The notes under the pieces are model-generated. The model worked only from the letters and a program-made list of their open reading frames with translations. It ran no database searches and was not told the origin of the DNA. The translations under genes were made by a program, and so were the position numbers. A DNA stretch of 45,824 bases from Stramenopiles sp. TOSAG23-2 (lineage: Eukaryota). The stretch covers positions 1-45,824 of the forward strand of contig LT649287.1 in assembly GCA_900128395.1 (NCBI GenBank), written 5' to 3'. This document shows, piece by piece, positions 44,043-45,824 of the stretch; within the stretch, counting starts at the first letter, position 1, and the number at the start of each line of letters is the position of its first letter.

Positions 44043-45281
44043 TTACAAATCATTTACTACTGCTGCCAATCGCTCAACTCTATCATTTACAACAATTTGC
44101 CTCCAATTAGGAATCACTTTATACGTTAAACGATTTGAATTATGATATGAAACTGCACCACGATATGCCGTACGTACTGCCATGATAATATTTTCGTCAT
44201 CGTTTCCATCAAAATGCCAATCAACATAATGGAAACCAGTATAACGAATCGAATCTTCCATATCAAAACCGGTATCATCTTGAAGAATAACTTTATGTTC
44301 CACCCAATTTCGCATGTCTTTTGATGAGCATAATGACAAGATATTGCGTTGATCTGTTGCATTATTCACCGTTTGTGGGTTTGATAATGTTACGTATATC
44401 CCAGTCGATGTATCACGATGAATAACAAACTTCGTATGTCCACCTGGTAATTCAATTATAGAATCAAATATAAATTCATTTTCATGTTGATTAAATTTTA
44501 AAATAATTGCTTTGTTACCTACGTATGGTCTGGTATTAAATCTTAATATGTCATAAATATTTCCATCTGGTCCTTCCACCATGTTTCCTTCCAAATATCC
44601 TGGCACATTTGGTTTTGGCTCCCAATCAGATGGTATCCAACTTTTATTAAATGGTAACGGTTTCGAAAGGGTCCAACTATTTTTATCCAGTAAATCTGAT
44701 CCTACTTTTGCATAAACACATACAGCTTGATAATCAGCGCCCCAACGAAATAATGGTGGTGCCAATCTTTCCATTGCGCGATAGACAAAACCATTTGATA
44801 TTAGACTTGGGGTAGGCCCAGTTTCGTATGAGCTATTTCCATGGATTTCACCAAATAATAACGTTGTTTCATCCCATGTAAGACCATCGTCTGAGGATTT
44901 TGATATTTTTATTGGTGCAGGACCATCAGTTGACGTACCTAATAAATAAATATCTTTTGAATTTTGATTTAATTGAAATAAATTACTCCAATATTGATCC
45001 TTAACCCATGTTTTAAATTCCCACGTATTGCCATTATCGGTGGATCGATAGATACTAACATTGCGTTCTGATATAAATCCTTTTCCAAAGCGATCTGCAG
45101 ATGCCAACAATATACCAGACTTTAATCTTAAAATTGATGGTGATCCTAAAAATATCTGGGGCTTTTCCCAATGCCATGCTATTTCATTTAGGTCCAATGT
45201 TGAATCCCGAATTAGCTCAGCACGATGGCACGATATCAACACGAGAAACGCAAATATAGCAATAGGATTGATAGCAAACAT
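44043..45281 (-). CDS. Secreted BNR/Asp-box beta-propeller protein (sialidase-like fold)
   Basis: Signal peptide; Asp boxes STDNGNTW, SSDDGLTW and SKDMRNW; LGSPSI, LEGN and FHYVDW. Confidence 0.85.
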   Translation of the reverse strand: MFAINPIAIFAFLVLISCHRAELIRDSTLDLNEIAWHWEKPQIFLGSPSILRLKSGILLASADRFGKGFISERNVSIYRSTDNGNTWEFKTWVKDQYWSNLFQLNQNSKDIYLLGTSTDGPAPIKISKSSDDGLTWDETTLLFGEIHGNSSYETGPTPSLISNGFVYRAMERLAPPLFRWGADYQAVCVYAKVGSDLLDKNSWTLSKPLPFNKSWIPSDWEPKPNVPGYLEGNMVEGPDGNIYDILRFNTRPYVGNKAIILKFNQHENEFIFDSIIELPGGHTKFVIHRDTSTGIYVTLSNPQTVNNATDQRNILSLCSSKDMRNWVEHKVILQDDTGFDMEDSIRYTGFHYVDWHFDGNDDENIIMAVRTAYRGAVSYHNSNRLTYKVIPNWRQIVVNDRVERLAAVVNDL

Positions 45282-45824
45282 GTTATGAAATAGGCTTTAT
45301 ATGTTATTTATGGATGTGGTGGGTGGGTTGATGGTTAGACGGCTATGTGTTACGATACTCTTCTTATATTATTATTGGTAATATAATATATTCTTGGCTT
45401 GAATAAAAGATATTTATTAAATATATATATATATATGTATCTATGATTTTGTATATATTTAAGTACAAATTATTAATTTAACACTACATACCATTACAAC
45501 TCGCATATTTTTCATCAAATTTCACTAAAATCAACATTTTCAACCTAAATTCTTCTATTTCATCGTTTTGATAATGGATTTTTCATTTCATTACATGAAA
45601 ACAAAGGAAAAACATTGAAAATACCTTTTTAAACTTAGGCTCCACTAGTATACCATTTTGCCTATCAATTGGCAAAATAATTTTAACATTTCACGTTTTC
45701 AGAAATTAGGGATAGCAGAATTTCTGGCATCAAATTTTGACATTAAAATTTATACTTAAATAAATTATTAATTTACCGAAATGACTAAAATAAAGTATAA
45801 AATTCATAGAAATCATTAAATTAT

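Noticed and set aside
1-45824. tRNA/rRNA genes or a non-standard genetic code
   Set aside because: No tRNA or rRNA signatures seen. TAA, TAG and TGA all end genes at expected positions, so the single internal TGA is not evidence of a code change.

Overview
AT-rich, gene-dense, intron-poor eukaryotic nuclear DNA. By inference it comes from a flagellated heterotrophic protist, probably a stramenopile. Two GTAAGT...AG introns with CTAA(C) branch points join ORF-track pairs into single genes: a ~2446-aa reeler/Cys-rich multi-pass surface protein (310-7760) and a ~1177-aa EF-hand/TM/kringle protein (12247-8584). Other genes: an EEP nuclease, a membrane-tethered beta-helix CAZyme-like protein, head-to-head SAS10/UTP3 and NOP2, a PL1 pectate lyase interrupted by one in-frame TGA, a cytochrome P450, a secreted GGCT-like protein, an AKAP14-like protein, two coiled-coil/repeat proteins, an LRR fused to a minimal ADAR/ADAT-type deaminase, and a secreted BNR propeller. 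There is also a tyrosine-recombinase retroelement relic and two junctions of truncated gene fragments. The best novelty candidates are the LRR-deaminase fusion, the internal-signal/His-brace-like polyprotein, the interrupted PL1 gene and a recurrent TACGA...TCGTA inverted motif between convergent genes. All family calls come from motif recognition by eye; no searches were run.
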